Origin: a virus
Lineage: Duplodnaviria > Caudoviricetes
Virus record (IMG/VR): IMGVR_UViG_3300018089_000001
Location: 32,001 to 96,000 of that record
Length of the DNA: 64,000 nucleotides
Direction: 5' to 3' (one strand)
Shown: in pieces, positions 1-8,862 of the stretch
How the letters are laid out: every line of letters begins with the position of its first letter
Position numbering within the stretch: the stretch's first letter is position 1
The notes under the pieces: model-generated
What the model saw: the letters and a program-made list of their open reading frames with translations, nothing else
Databases searched by the model: none
Told to the model about the DNA's origin: nothing
Program-made: the position numbers and the translations under genes

Positions 1-162
1 CCACTGGTCCACCATCGCGAGGGCCGCCGGATGCTTGGTGACGAAGCCCCTGATGAGGGCCTCGAGGAGGGCCGGCACGGTGATCCGGTCCTCCCGACAG
101 CGGACGTAGAGGGACTCCCGGAGCTGGCGGGGGAGGCTACAGCGGATGGTCGTGAAGTCCAC
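1..162 (-). CDS. Putative ribbon-helix-helix DNA-binding protein (3' end runs off window)
   Basis: Manual translation MDFTTIRCSLPRQLRESLYVRCREDRITVPALLEALIRGF: beta-strand/helix/helix RHH-like pattern; GGAGAGG upstream. Confidence 0.4.
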   Translation of the reverse strand, partial: MDFTTIRCSLPRQLRESLYVRCREDRITVPALLEALIRGFVTKHPAALAMVDQW

Positions 163-188
163 CCGCCGGCGCCTCTCCGCCTCGATCC

Positions 189-608
189 TCAGGAGTTTTC
201 CGACCCGGGACACTGTCCGAGCAGGCAGCCGACGGACTGGACCGGGGAGTCGATCAGCCCAAGCTGGCTGTCAACCGCAGTCCCGCTGAGCGTGATCGTG
301 AACGTGCCCGGCCACCAGTGGTTCCCGCCGCAACCGACCTGCCCGCAGACGGGACAGGACACGACCCAGATCGGGTTCGGGTAATGGGGTGGCTGCGTCC
401 ACGGCCTCGGCAGCCGATCGACGACCCTCTCCGGGACCGACTGGATCTCCCGGAGGAGGTCCTCGAGCCCCTTGCCCTTCAGCACACCGGGCTTCTTCGG
501 AGCGGGTGGTCGCTCCTCGCGGAGCCTCCGCTCGTACTCGGCGAGCTCGTCGGCGGTTCCCTCCAGGACCTCCTCGGTCCCGTCGGCCCTCTTGAAGGTC
601 CGCTTCAC
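189..608 (-). CDS. Hypothetical protein (CxxC-containing)
   Basis: ORF track; coupled to upstream ORF by GTGA overlap. Confidence 0.55.
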   Translation of the reverse strand: MKRTFKRADGTEEVLEGTADELAEYERRLREERPPAPKKPGVLKGKGLEDLLREIQSVPERVVDRLPRPWTQPPHYPNPIWVVSCPVCGQVGCGGNHWWPGTFTITLSGTAVDSQLGLIDSPVQSVGCLLGQCPGSENS

Positions 609-763
609 CGGTCCTCCCCGTCCACCCTCTCGACCGAGAGGACCGTGACGTTGCCGTCGATCCCGGCGTCCCGGAGGGCCTCCCAGAAGGCCTCGACGAG
701 GGCGTCGAGCCCCCCGTCGTCCTCCTCGGACGCGATCTCCAGTGTCACCCGGGAGGCGCTCAC
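605..763 (-). CDS. Small acidic hypothetical protein (52 aa)
   Basis: Manual translation MSASRVTLEIASEEDDGGLDALVEAFWEALRDAGIDG...; GTGA overlaps at both ends. Confidence 0.55.
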   Translation of the reverse strand: MSASRVTLEIASEEDDGGLDALVEAFWEALRDAGIDGNVTVLSVERVDGEDR

Positions 764-1119
764 CCCTCCTCCGACTGGAGGTTAGGGGGGAGGAGGAGCG
801 GGACGAGCCGGACGAGCCCCTCCCTGTCCCCGACAGTCAGCGGGACGTGCTCGCTCGTGTTCGTCACCTTGACCACGATCTCCTCACCGGCCGGGATGAC
901 CTGCCGGACCTCGATGTGGGCCGCCGAGGGCAGCGCGATGAGGTTGCAGTTCGCGGCCACGCCCAGCCGGACGTCCATCGACACCTTGGGCGGCAGGGAC
1001 CGCTCGAACGGGTTCCGTCCGATGAACCAGTGGGGGGTCTGGGTGGGCCGGAGCCCGTCTCCGATCAGGTGCCAGACCACGCGGGGGCCGGTGGTCTCCT
1101 TTTCAGCATTCTTCGCCAT
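760..1119 (-). CDS. Degenerate trimeric dUTPase-fold protein
   Basis: SLPP..DVRLGV, GEEIVVKVTN..VPLTVGDREGLVRLV resemble dUTPase strands (GEI.V.L.N...I..GDRIAQLV); catalytic motifs absent. Confidence 0.45.
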   Translation of the reverse strand: MAKNAEKETTGPRVVWHLIGDGLRPTQTPHWFIGRNPFERSLPPKVSMDVRLGVAANCNLIALPSAAHIEVRQVIPAGEEIVVKVTNTSEHVPLTVGDREGLVRLVPLLLPPNLQSEEG

Positions 1120-2275
1120 CTGTTCCTTGTCGTTCAGTTGCCTCAGCAGTCGCCGCAGGAACCTCTCCTGCCACCGCATCTCCTACCAGCCCCTCGAGCA
1201 CGTCCACGAAGTTGCGGACGTCCATGTGAGACAAGATATGCGCGGCCTCCTCACGGATGACCCTCCTCCGGATCGGGGACACGTTTCGTAGCTCGGTGGC
1301 CTGCTCGAGGAGGCCCTGGGCGTCCCCGACCACCCGCTGCGCGTACTGGCCGACGCCGAGGTGGCACGCCAGCCCGATCGGAACGCTCCCGAACAAAACG
1401 GCCTCCCACGGCCGGGGCGTGATGAAGCCGCTCTCATAGTACGACTGCTTCGCGAGGAGTGGGACGGCGGCCACCCGGGAGTACGCCTCACGGAAACCCC
1501 GCACGCCGATCCGACCTGCGAAGGTGACGCCCGGCCAACGCCGCCGGACCTCCTCCGCGGGCTCCCACTTGCCCCAGAACTTGACCCGATGGGTCCTCGG
1601 AGGGGCGATCGGGCCGATCCAGCGGTCGATCGTCTCGTCCCGCTCGTAGCGGGACCCGATGTAGCCGAGGTGGTGGGACGGCTTCCGTTCGTCGATGTCG
1701 TGTTGGAGCAGGTCCGCGGTGACGAAGGGCGGCTCGACGCGAGTGGCCCCGATCAACGATCGTGACGCTGTCTCGATGACCTTGACTCCATGCCAGAATG
1801 CGAGGGACTCTTCGTCCAACTTGTGATCGAGATCCCAGACCACGACGGGGACGCCCAGATCGAGATAGTGGCGGAGGACCTCGACCTGCCGGTCGAGGTC
1901 GGACTGGAAGTTGGGCTTTCCGCGGTCCTCCGGAGTGTTTCGACCCGGGATGGACCACCGCCACTCGATCAGGACCATGTCCAGCTCGGGGAACCTGACG
2001 TCCGAGAGTCTCGTCCAGCCCCGGACGAGCATCCGCTCGTAGGAGAGGAGCCGCTTCCGGCCGCTGAAGGCTGAGAAGAGGTCCCCGCCCAACCGGGTGG
2101 CGGCCGGGGCGTCGAGGTTCGGGCCCAGGGGGATGAGCTTGTGACCCCGTCGCTCACACTCGTGCTCGATGGACCACGAGTACGTCGCATTGCCGTCGGG
2201 GGTCGACAACTCCGACCCGTCGGGAGCCATCTTGACGTCGCCGAGGAAGCCCCGGAAGAGGTAGCCGATCCTCAC
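1103..2275 (-). CDS. GT-B glycosyltransferase, T4 beta-glucosyltransferase-like (putative DNA glycosyltransferase)
   Basis: YIGSRYER, KFWGKW and YSRVAAVPLLAKQSYYESGFITPRPWE parallel the BGT C-domain (..Y.DNFITLRVWE); GTG start overlaps upstream stop. Confidence 0.7.
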   Translation of the reverse strand: MRIGYLFRGFLGDVKMAPDGSELSTPDGNATYSWSIEHECERRGHKLIPLGPNLDAPAATRLGGDLFSAFSGRKRLLSYERMLVRGWTRLSDVRFPELDMVLIEWRWSIPGRNTPEDRGKPNFQSDLDRQVEVLRHYLDLGVPVVVWDLDHKLDEESLAFWHGVKVIETASRSLIGATRVEPPFVTADLLQHDIDERKPSHHLGYIGSRYERDETIDRWIGPIAPPRTHRVKFWGKWEPAEEVRRRWPGVTFAGRIGVRGFREAYSRVAAVPLLAKQSYYESGFITPRPWEAVLFGSVPIGLACHLGVGQYAQRVVGDAQGLLEQATELRNVSPIRRRVIREEAAHILSHMDVRNFVDVLEGLVGDAVAGEVPAATAEATERQGTDGEEC

Positions 2276-2541
2276 TGATCGTACACGCCCTCCGCGAGGG
2301 CCCCGTTGAGGTACTCGAGGTGCCTCCGGATCCACCGCATGAACGTCAGGGCCTTGTCGCTCGGAAGAAACTCGCCCCCGCCGGCATCGGAGACGGGAAT
2401 CGGGAAGTCGAAGGAGTGGATGGAGCAGGTGCCACCCTCGGTGGTCCCCTCCCAGTCGATCCTGTACCACAGGTTACCGTCCTGGTACCGCTGGAACCAG
2501 GCGATGCTCTTCGCGAGTTGAACGATCGTCGGCAGCTTCAC
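2272..2541 (-). CDS. Hypothetical protein
   Basis: MKLPTIVQLAKSIAWFQRYQDGNLWY...FMRWIRRHLE; coupled at both ends. Confidence 0.65.
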   Translation of the reverse strand: MKLPTIVQLAKSIAWFQRYQDGNLWYRIDWEGTTEGGTCSIHSFDFPIPVSDAGGGEFLPSDKALTFMRWIRRHLEYLNGALAEGVYDQ

Positions 2542-3152
2542 AGGCCCATCTCCCTCTCGCCCAGCAGGGCGAGGCAACGCTTCGTGTCGAAGTCCTCCCG
2601 TTCCCTCCCGCTCAGGTGGAGGGACTGGGAGGTGTCGTAGCGGACGACACGGCAGTCCGTCCAACACATGAACATGTCGTACATCCGCTTCACGTCCCAG
2701 TACCGCTCCGGCGGGACCAGCTCGTCCTGTTCCTGGGGCTGGACGGAGGCGTAGAGGTACAGGATCACCGTCCCGAGGTTCACGTGGGCGTGGTCGATCT
2801 CGTCCAGGAGCCGCACGTCGGTCTCCCGCTCGAACACGGCCGAGTACACCCACTCGCAGGGGTAGGCCCGGTCGCTGATGAAGCGATATCCGGTCTGCTG
2901 GAGAAAGTGCGTGAGCGTGTAGTCGAAGGCCAGCGACGAGCGGCCGCCCTGTCGAAAGATCTGCTTCTCGGTCGGGCACTTGAACACCGGGATCCCGGTG
3001 AGCTCCGACATGCGTTTGGCGATCGTGGTCTTCCCGACTCCGTCGGGGCCGACGACGAGGACCGACGGACCCTTTCGGATGACTCTGGGCTTGAGAGCCC
3101 ACTCGGTGTCGGTCTCATCGGCAGTGCTGTCGATGACTATCGTGTCCTGCAT
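2538..3152 (-). CDS. Deoxynucleoside monophosphate (thymidylate-type) kinase
   Basis: Walker A GPDGVGKTT followed by ISDR..PCEWVYS, typical of the TMK fold. Confidence 0.75.
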   Translation of the reverse strand: MQDTIVIDSTADETDTEWALKPRVIRKGPSVLVVGPDGVGKTTIAKRMSELTGIPVFKCPTEKQIFRQGGRSSLAFDYTLTHFLQQTGYRFISDRAYPCEWVYSAVFERETDVRLLDEIDHAHVNLGTVILYLYASVQPQEQDELVPPERYWDVKRMYDMFMCWTDCRVVRYDTSQSLHLSGREREDFDTKRCLALLGEREMGL

Positions 3153-3319
3153 CAGTCCTCCATCGGATCACGGGGTTCCAGCTCACGCTCCACGGCGCGC
3201 TCGACGGCCCACTCGAACTGCTCGTTGATGTGTTGGGCGAGCCATGCAAGGGTCTTCCTCGTGGACCCGTCGACCCCGGCATCGGTCATCACCCTCGCGA
3301 GTTTCTCGAGGTCTATCAC
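3152..3319 (-). CDS. Small hypothetical protein
   Basis: C-terminal part of ORF 3152..3478; GTG start overlaps upstream stop. Confidence 0.5.
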   Translation of the reverse strand: MIDLEKLARVMTDAGVDGSTRKTLAWLAQHINEQFEWAVERAVERELEPRDPMED

Positions 3320-3738
3320 TTGCGTCTCCTTCGCATGCGGCGGAGGGTCCGCTGGGCCCTCTCGTTCATGATAACACCGTCGAGCCTGGAGGCCTCCTCG
3401 AGGGTCAGGAGCTCGCCGCACCTGCGGAGCTCTTCCTCGGTCACGACGAGGTACGTCCAGCCGTTCGCGGCGGCCCACGCCTCCGCGGCGCGCCTCTTCG
3501 CCGTGTTGTTGCGGTTCCCGGCGCGGGAGCTCGGCTTGATCTCGACCAGCGTCCTCGTCTGGGGGAGCGTGAGGTCCACCACGTAGGTCCTCCTCCCCTC
3601 TTTCCCGTAGGGTATCCTCGTCGCCTCATAGAGCATCGTGGACCCCAGGATTAGGCCGTCGGCCTCCAGGTTACGGATGACCGCCAGCTCGAGCAGGCTC
3701 CTGAACCGCGTCCCGCGATAGGTTCCGGAGAAGGCCAT
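3316..3738 (-). CDS. TnsA-like / T4 gp4-like PD-(D/E)xK endonuclease
   Basis: FRSLLE...YE..RIPY...YVVDL...LVEIKP motif. Confidence 0.7.
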   Translation of the reverse strand: MAFSGTYRGTRFRSLLELAVIRNLEADGLILGSTMLYEATRIPYGKEGRRTYVVDLTLPQTRTLVEIKPSSRAGNRNNTAKRRAAEAWAAANGWTYLVVTEEELRRCGELLTLEEASRLDGVIMNERAQRTLRRMRRRRK

Positions 3739-4094
3739 CAGCCCCCGTACGCGGTCTCAAACGCCCGATCGACCTGCCTCTGGACCTCTGGCGTCACGTC
3801 TGGTTCGGTGAACAGCGACTCCGTCGCGACCCGGGTGTCAGAGACCGGCAGCTTATAGCAGCTCAACATCACGCCCAGCTCATTCCGTTCCACGGAGAAC
3901 GAGGCGGAGGACGCCATCTCCAGGAAGGACTCGAACGGGACGATGATGCAGACCGGTTTCCCGAAATGGAGGTGCTCGATGACCCGCTTCCGCATGGCCT
4001 CGCACGGCTCCCGATACCTGTCACCGACGTACGAGGCGGGCGCGAGCGGGTCCCCTTCAAACCTGATGAAGAAATACGAGTCGATGGTCTTCAC
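3738..4094 (-). CDS. Hypothetical protein
   Basis: ORF track; overlaps with neighbours. Confidence 0.55.
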   Translation of the reverse strand: MKTIDSYFFIRFEGDPLAPASYVGDRYREPCEAMRKRVIEHLHFGKPVCIIVPFESFLEMASSASFSVERNELGVMLSCYKLPVSDTRVATESLFTEPDVTPEVQRQVDRAFETAYGG

Positions 4095-5182
4095 GGGACC
4101 TCGAAGAGTAGGGACCAGCACTCCATCGCGTCACCGAGTCGGCTCCAGTACGCCGCGTGCTCGCCGCCGAACCCCCGGACCGCGGAGGCGACCCTCCGGT
4201 AGCATTCGGTGGGTGTCCGGAGGCCATCGAGTCGCACCGCGTCGATCCTCTCCCAAAACGTTTCGTTCTGTTCGATCCCGTTGGCCTCCTTGCGGAGGTT
4301 CTTGAACGGGTCGGACGCCCGGTCGTGATGGATGTGCGGGGTACCTGTGCTGACGACCCACCCGAGGTGGTCGCAGATCCTCTTTTGGATGATGCCGCAC
4401 CATATGTCCCCCATCCTATCGAACGGAAGGGGCTCGGTGAAGCCCTCGAAGCCCCTCCGCACCGACTTGATCTGCCCCATGAGCAGGTGGTAGCTCAGCG
4501 GGATCGTCTCGCGCCGCCACATCACGTTCATCCCGCAGAAGGGGAAGAATGCCCCGTGCGGGACGATGCGGTTGTCATGGGTGTACGTCTCCGGGACCGG
4601 ATCGACGAGCTGCTGGGGGGCGTCGTAGTCGAGGACGCCCTGCCAGATCCCGTGGTTGACGTGGACCGGCCGCGAGCCGAGGTTCCGGTACGGGACCCCG
4701 CGCGGCCGGACGCTGTTCAGCGTGTTGAACCACCTCGTGCGTTGCAACATCCCCCTATGCAGGAGATCGAGCTGCTCGTAGCCCTTCGCGGGGTAACAGT
4801 CGTCGTCAAGGGTCTGCAGGAAACCGTACCCCTGGCTCCAGGCCCACCAGTAGCCGAAGCTCCTGACGGTGTCCGAGCGGCGGGGAATGATCCACGACCA
4901 AGCGTGCATGTCGATGTCCTCCCAGCAGAAGTGCTGGGCGACGTCGGTCACGGACGGCGTGAAGGTCTTCCGCGGATTGTCCTCGACGAGGATGAGGTCG
5001 ACCCGATCGAGCATCCCGGTGGGTCGCCACTCCGCGACGAACCGCGAGAAGCTCTCCCTCCTGATCGAGGGGACGACGAGGGCCACGCGGTCTCTGTTAG
5101 GACCTGTTAGGCCCTCGTCGTCATCGTCAGGGCCTAGATTCTCTGAGAGATCCTGAGGGAGGAGGGGGTAGTCAGCTTCCAT
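4091..5182 (-). CDS. RGP / UDP-arabinopyranose mutase family protein (GT75)
   Basis: TLDDDC, RGVPY, HGIW..VLDYDAPQQLV, FPFCGMN, DIWCG..KRICDHLG..V.TG.P.I.H.RASDPFKNLRKE match plant reversibly glycosylated polypeptide motifs along the whole length. Confidence 0.85.
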   Translation of the reverse strand: MEADYPLLPQDLSENLGPDDDDEGLTGPNRDRVALVVPSIRRESFSRFVAEWRPTGMLDRVDLILVEDNPRKTFTPSVTDVAQHFCWEDIDMHAWSWIIPRRSDTVRSFGYWWAWSQGYGFLQTLDDDCYPAKGYEQLDLLHRGMLQRTRWFNTLNSVRPRGVPYRNLGSRPVHVNHGIWQGVLDYDAPQQLVDPVPETYTHDNRIVPHGAFFPFCGMNVMWRRETIPLSYHLLMGQIKSVRRGFEGFTEPLPFDRMGDIWCGIIQKRICDHLGWVVSTGTPHIHHDRASDPFKNLRKEANGIEQNETFWERIDAVRLDGLRTPTECYRRVASAVRGFGGEHAAYWSRLGDAMECWSLLFEVP

Positions 5183-5546
5183 TTCGAATCCTCCAGAGCT
5201 CGATTGCCTGGCAGCAGTGGCCCTCCATGCCGAACATGTCGGAGAGGCCGCTGGCCGATCTTATCACGTCGAGCAGCCACGGGTTCTCCCTGATCCACTC
5301 GTCCCAGAGCCAGGAGTATAGCGCGGCGCACTCCGCCTGGTTCGTCACGCCGACTCCGGCGACCCGCTTCGCCTTGGCGGCCCTCCAGTCGAGACCAGTC
5401 GAGCCGTCCTCGAAGACCTTGTACGCCTGGTACGCCTCCTCAATGGAGGCCCCTCCGAGGCACGACGGCCTCGCGTAGAACGCCGAGAGCCGGGTGTCAC
5501 CCCGGCTACTACACTCGAGGTACGGTGGGTCGCCGACGCGGATCAA
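5172..5546 (-). CDS. NADAR/YbiA-like protein (tentative)
   Basis: LSAFY...SIEEAYQAYKVF resembles NADAR FSNF...E..YQA.KF. Confidence 0.4.
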   Translation of the reverse strand: MIRVGDPPYLECSSRGDTRLSAFYARPSCLGGASIEEAYQAYKVFEDGSTGLDWRAAKAKRVAGVGVTNQAECAALYSWLWDEWIRENPWLLDVIRSASGLSDMFGMEGHCCQAIELWRIRNGS

Positions 5547-5662
5547 TCGTCCCCCGAGAGCAGGTCGGCGATCATCGCGACCGGAGACATCACGAAGATG
5601 AACGCCCAGAACAGGACGTGGATGCACCACGGCTCACCACGGAGGTCACCGAAGTCTGCCAT
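5543..5662 (-). CDS. Small membrane protein (39 aa)
   Basis: Manual translation MADFGDLRGEPWCIHVLFWAFIFVMSPVAMIADLLSGDD; overlaps at both ends. Confidence 0.45.
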   Translation of the reverse strand: MADFGDLRGEPWCIHVLFWAFIFVMSPVAMIADLLSGDD

Positions 5663-5877
5663 CAGCAGATCCTCCTGTCACCGGCGGACGGACGGGGGAT
5701 GGGCTTCAGGATGTCCGCCAGGTTCGGCCTGTCGTGGGTCTGTTTCTGGAAGACGAGGGCGAGGTGGTCGTTGACCATGCGGATCTGCGCCGGACTCAGC
5801 GTGATCGCGGTATCGTCGCCGACCATCGACAGCTCGAAGAACCCCTGGAGCCAGTAGCAGAACTGCTCGGGCGTCAC
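5662..5877 (-). CDS. Small phage protein (MTPEQFCYWLQGFFE type)
   Basis: N-terminal motif common in phage hypothetical proteins. Confidence 0.65.
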   Translation of the reverse strand: MTPEQFCYWLQGFFELSMVGDDTAITLSPAQIRMVNDHLALVFQKQTHDRPNLADILKPIPRPSAGDRRIC

Positions 5878-6305
5878 ATGCCCTCCCGGTGGACGAAGTT
5901 ACCGCAGTTCCCGTTGGAGCACTCGACGCGGACGAACCCGACGTACGCGTCCGAGCCGCAGAGCGGGCACCCGTTCCTGTGCGGCCAGAAGTGGTCGTCG
6001 TGGGCCCTCGCCATGACCTCGGTCTCAGGATCGAGTCCGTCCGGGTCCTTGACCGGATATGGGACGGCCGCGATGGGTAGATCGATCTCGACGCAGGGGT
6101 TCACGCCCCCCCACCTCCTGTCGAAATCGAAGAGCAGCGAGGTCGGCAGCGGCATCGGCTGGATGCGCGGCTTAGTGATCTCGAAGATGCCGTCGGTGTA
6201 CGACATGACCTTGGTCCTCTGGTACTGAAGAAAGGGGAGCCTCTTCAGCTCCTCAGCGTACTCGTTCCACAGGGCCTTTACCTTGGCCCACTCGTCTTCG
6301 CCCAT
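5874..6305 (-). CDS. Hypothetical protein with C-terminal Zn ribbon
   Basis: CPLCG...ECSNGNC. Confidence 0.6.
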   Translation of the reverse strand: MGEDEWAKVKALWNEYAEELKRLPFLQYQRTKVMSYTDGIFEITKPRIQPMPLPTSLLFDFDRRWGGVNPCVEIDLPIAAVPYPVKDPDGLDPETEVMARAHDDHFWPHRNGCPLCGSDAYVGFVRVECSNGNCGNFVHREGM

Positions 6306-6315
6306 CCGAGTCCTT

Positions 6316-7863
6316 TCAGATTTCGATGCTGTCGACCGGAATGAAGTAGCTCGCGGCCTGCCTGGCCGAGTGGGCCCACCCCGGCTTCCCGACCACGAAG
6401 CCGTTGGGGTCCTCGAGCTTACGGTGCAGCACCGTGATGTACACGTCGCCCTGGCGGACGGCCGCCCGGACGTGCTCCCAGATGCCAGCGAACGCCGGCG
6501 CCTCGAACTCCATGCCGTCCCGGTCCGTGAGACGGAGCCAGGCCATGGGCCGCCCGTTCTTCTGGGGCCTCTCCTTGATCGACTTGACCAGGAGCGGGGC
6601 TATCAGGACCTCACGGTCCTCGTCCTCGACGAAGGCCGCGTAGCCCGGCTCGCAGAGACCCTCGCCGACGAGGCGGTCGACCTTCGCGTGCCGGTCGTTG
6701 ATGGAGAACGGGGTGCCGCGGAGGTTGAACCCGAGCAGCTCCCGCTCCCGCTCCATCAGCTCGATCGGGTCGTCCTTCGGGCCCCAGATCGCCTCGAGGA
6801 CGGGGGCCACGGCGTCCCGGTTCTTCTTATGGGAGAGCCGCTTGTCGGACCTGAAGGCCTCGTAGCGGAGGCGGAGGGTCGCCACGGACGTCCCGGGGAC
6901 CAGGTCGGTGAAGGCGCCCACGGCCATGAGGGCCTCGACGGACGTCTTCGTCGCCCCCGAGTCGAGCAGGAAGTCGGCGAACGAGGCGTACGGCTGACGG
7001 GCCGCGATCTTCTCGACCGCGGACGGTCCGATCCCCTTCACCGCCGTGAAGGGAAGCCGGATCCCGTTCCCTTCGATCCGAGGGGAGCGGCCCGACAGGT
7101 TCACGTCGACGGGCTTGATCTCGAAGCCCTGGCGGCGGATGTCGTTCACGTACGTCTGCAGGTCGGCCGCCTGGCCCGCGGAGAGCAGCGCGGCGAAGAA
7201 CTCCATCGGATAGTACGTCCGGAGGTACGCGGTCTGCATCGTGACCATGCCGTACGCCTTGGCGTGGGCCCGGTTGAAGCCGTAGGAGCCCCACTTGCCG
7301 AAGGCCTCCCAGAGGTCCTCGGCGGCGGAGCGGGCCATCCCGTTCCCCACGGCGCCCTCGACGACCTTGCCACGTAGCTCGGCGTCCTCCTGCCGGAGGA
7401 ACTCGTCGGACTTGCTCTTGTCCTTCTTGAGGAAGTGCTTGCGGACCCGGTTGGTGTCCTTCCAGGACATCCCGCAGAGCTTCCGGCAGGTCTCCAGGAG
7501 GTGCTCCTGGTAGACGAAGCAGCCGTAGGTGTCCCTCAGGACCTCCTCGAGCAGCGGGTGGTCGTACGTGACGTCCTCAAGGCCGTTCTTCCGCCTCGCG
7601 TACATCTGGTCCATGCCTGAGCCGAGTGGACCCGGACGGTAGAGGGCGCAGACGGCCGCGACGTCGTCGAAGCAGGTCGGCTTGACCTGCTGGAACAGCT
7701 TCATCATGCCCTGGGAGGTGACCGAGAAGATCCCCGTCATGTTCCCCTCCCAGAAGACCGTCCGCATGACCTCCATCGAGTTGAGGTCCATGGTCTTCGG
7801 GTCGATCTCATTGACGACGTCCTGGTAAGAACGTGGGACCCGCTTGATCGATTTGATCCGCAT
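6316..7863 (-). CDS. dnaE: DNA polymerase III alpha subunit, C-terminal half (split gene)
   Basis: ALYRPGPL, TYGCFVYQE, YGFNRAHAKAY, YYPMEFFAALL, VKGIG and C-terminal OB fold. Confidence 0.92.
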   Translation of the reverse strand: MRIKSIKRVPRSYQDVVNEIDPKTMDLNSMEVMRTVFWEGNMTGIFSVTSQGMMKLFQQVKPTCFDDVAAVCALYRPGPLGSGMDQMYARRKNGLEDVTYDHPLLEEVLRDTYGCFVYQEHLLETCRKLCGMSWKDTNRVRKHFLKKDKSKSDEFLRQEDAELRGKVVEGAVGNGMARSAAEDLWEAFGKWGSYGFNRAHAKAYGMVTMQTAYLRTYYPMEFFAALLSAGQAADLQTYVNDIRRQGFEIKPVDVNLSGRSPRIEGNGIRLPFTAVKGIGPSAVEKIAARQPYASFADFLLDSGATKTSVEALMAVGAFTDLVPGTSVATLRLRYEAFRSDKRLSHKKNRDAVAPVLEAIWGPKDDPIELMERERELLGFNLRGTPFSINDRHAKVDRLVGEGLCEPGYAAFVEDEDREVLIAPLLVKSIKERPQKNGRPMAWLRLTDRDGMEFEAPAFAGIWEHVRAAVRQGDVYITVLHRKLEDPNGFVVGKPGWAHSARQAASYFIPVDSIEI

Positions 7864-8099
7864 CAGTGACCCAGAGAGAGTGGGTCGAGGCCCAGTGGAA
7901 TCTCCGGCAGCCCCAACGATCTGAGGCTCTCATTGGCGGTGAGGTGCTCAGCGTAAACCTCCCGGTCTATCTCGGAATCCGGATGGAACCCGTGGCCTTG
8001 GTAGCCGCAACCGAAACACCTGAATAGGCAGACGCCGTCGAGAAAACCCCTCCGGTGCTCCGCGGAGCACCGGGGACAGACAAAGTGGATGTCACTCAT
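7863..8099 (-). CDS. Small Zn-ribbon protein between the dnaE halves
   Basis: CPRC...CFGCG; ATGA overlap-type coupling upstream, TGATG with dnaE-C. Confidence 0.6.
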   Translation of the reverse strand: MSDIHFVCPRCSAEHRRGFLDGVCLFRCFGCGYQGHGFHPDSEIDREVYAEHLTANESLRSLGLPEIPLGLDPLSLGH

Positions 8100-8862
8100 A
8101 CGCGAAACGTCTCCCCCTCGTTGTTCCAGAGACACGGGTGCCACGGGCGCAGGCGGCGATGGCCGCCTCGCTGATATCATAATGCTGACTGGCGAGACGG
8201 ACGGATTCAAAGACAAGGCCATCGTCGAGGCACTTGACACGCTTGACCTTGGAGAGGCGGATGCGATCGCGATGTTCCTGCGTGATCACGCGATTGCTGA
8301 TCCTCTCTTTCGTCTCCTCGGAGTGCTTCTTCCCGTAGAAGGGGTTCTTAGAACCGGACTGGTCGCCCTTCTTCTTGCGGGTCTGTCGTTTTGGAGGGAC
8401 GACGATATCGAGGCTAGTCTTCGCGGTGGACGGATCGGGAGCATCATCAGGGGTTCGCTCGAGAAAACGACGTAGCTGTGATTCACGCATTCTCGCTCGG
8501 GTCTCATCTGAGAGCTTATGGCCGAGCAGTCCGCCGCCTCCATCGGTACAGTTCAAGAGTGCGCATCCCTCGCTTCTCTTTAAGCGAATCCAACGCACCT
8601 CCGCGTCATTCAAGAGGGAATTCGCGAGTTCCCAGTCTTCAGACTGTCCGAGGTTTTCGAGCGTCACCACCCGAGGACTCATTCCGAGTCCTTTCAACTT
8701 TCGAATCCAACAGTAAACAGGATAGTGTGCTTCTGCAACTCTCTTGTTCTGCAGATGCCTGTATGGGCGAACTAAGCCGCTCGCAGATCGTCCGACATAT
8801 CGAACTTCATCGGTTCGCGGATCCACCAGCCCGTATATCAGAAGATTCCAGAATTTCGTCAT
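8092..8862 (-). mobile_element. Free-standing GIY-YIG homing endonuclease (NUMOD3 repeats, NUMOD1-like C-terminus)
   Basis: IYGLVDPRT..VRYVG; LLNCTDGGGG; GHKLSDETRARM, NPFYGKKHSEETKERIS; FESVRLAS...I..CARG; lower GC than flanks. Confidence 0.88.

Noticed and set aside
3316-3738. Tn7-like transposon (TnsA-like nuclease)
   Set aside because: No TnsB/TnsC or terminal repeats; stand-alone nucleases of this fold are common in large phages
7863-8862. Group I intron removing the endonuclease cassette
   Set aside because: The interval is fully occupied by overlapping ORFs, leaving no room for a ribozyme core, and dnaE-C has its own coupled ATG
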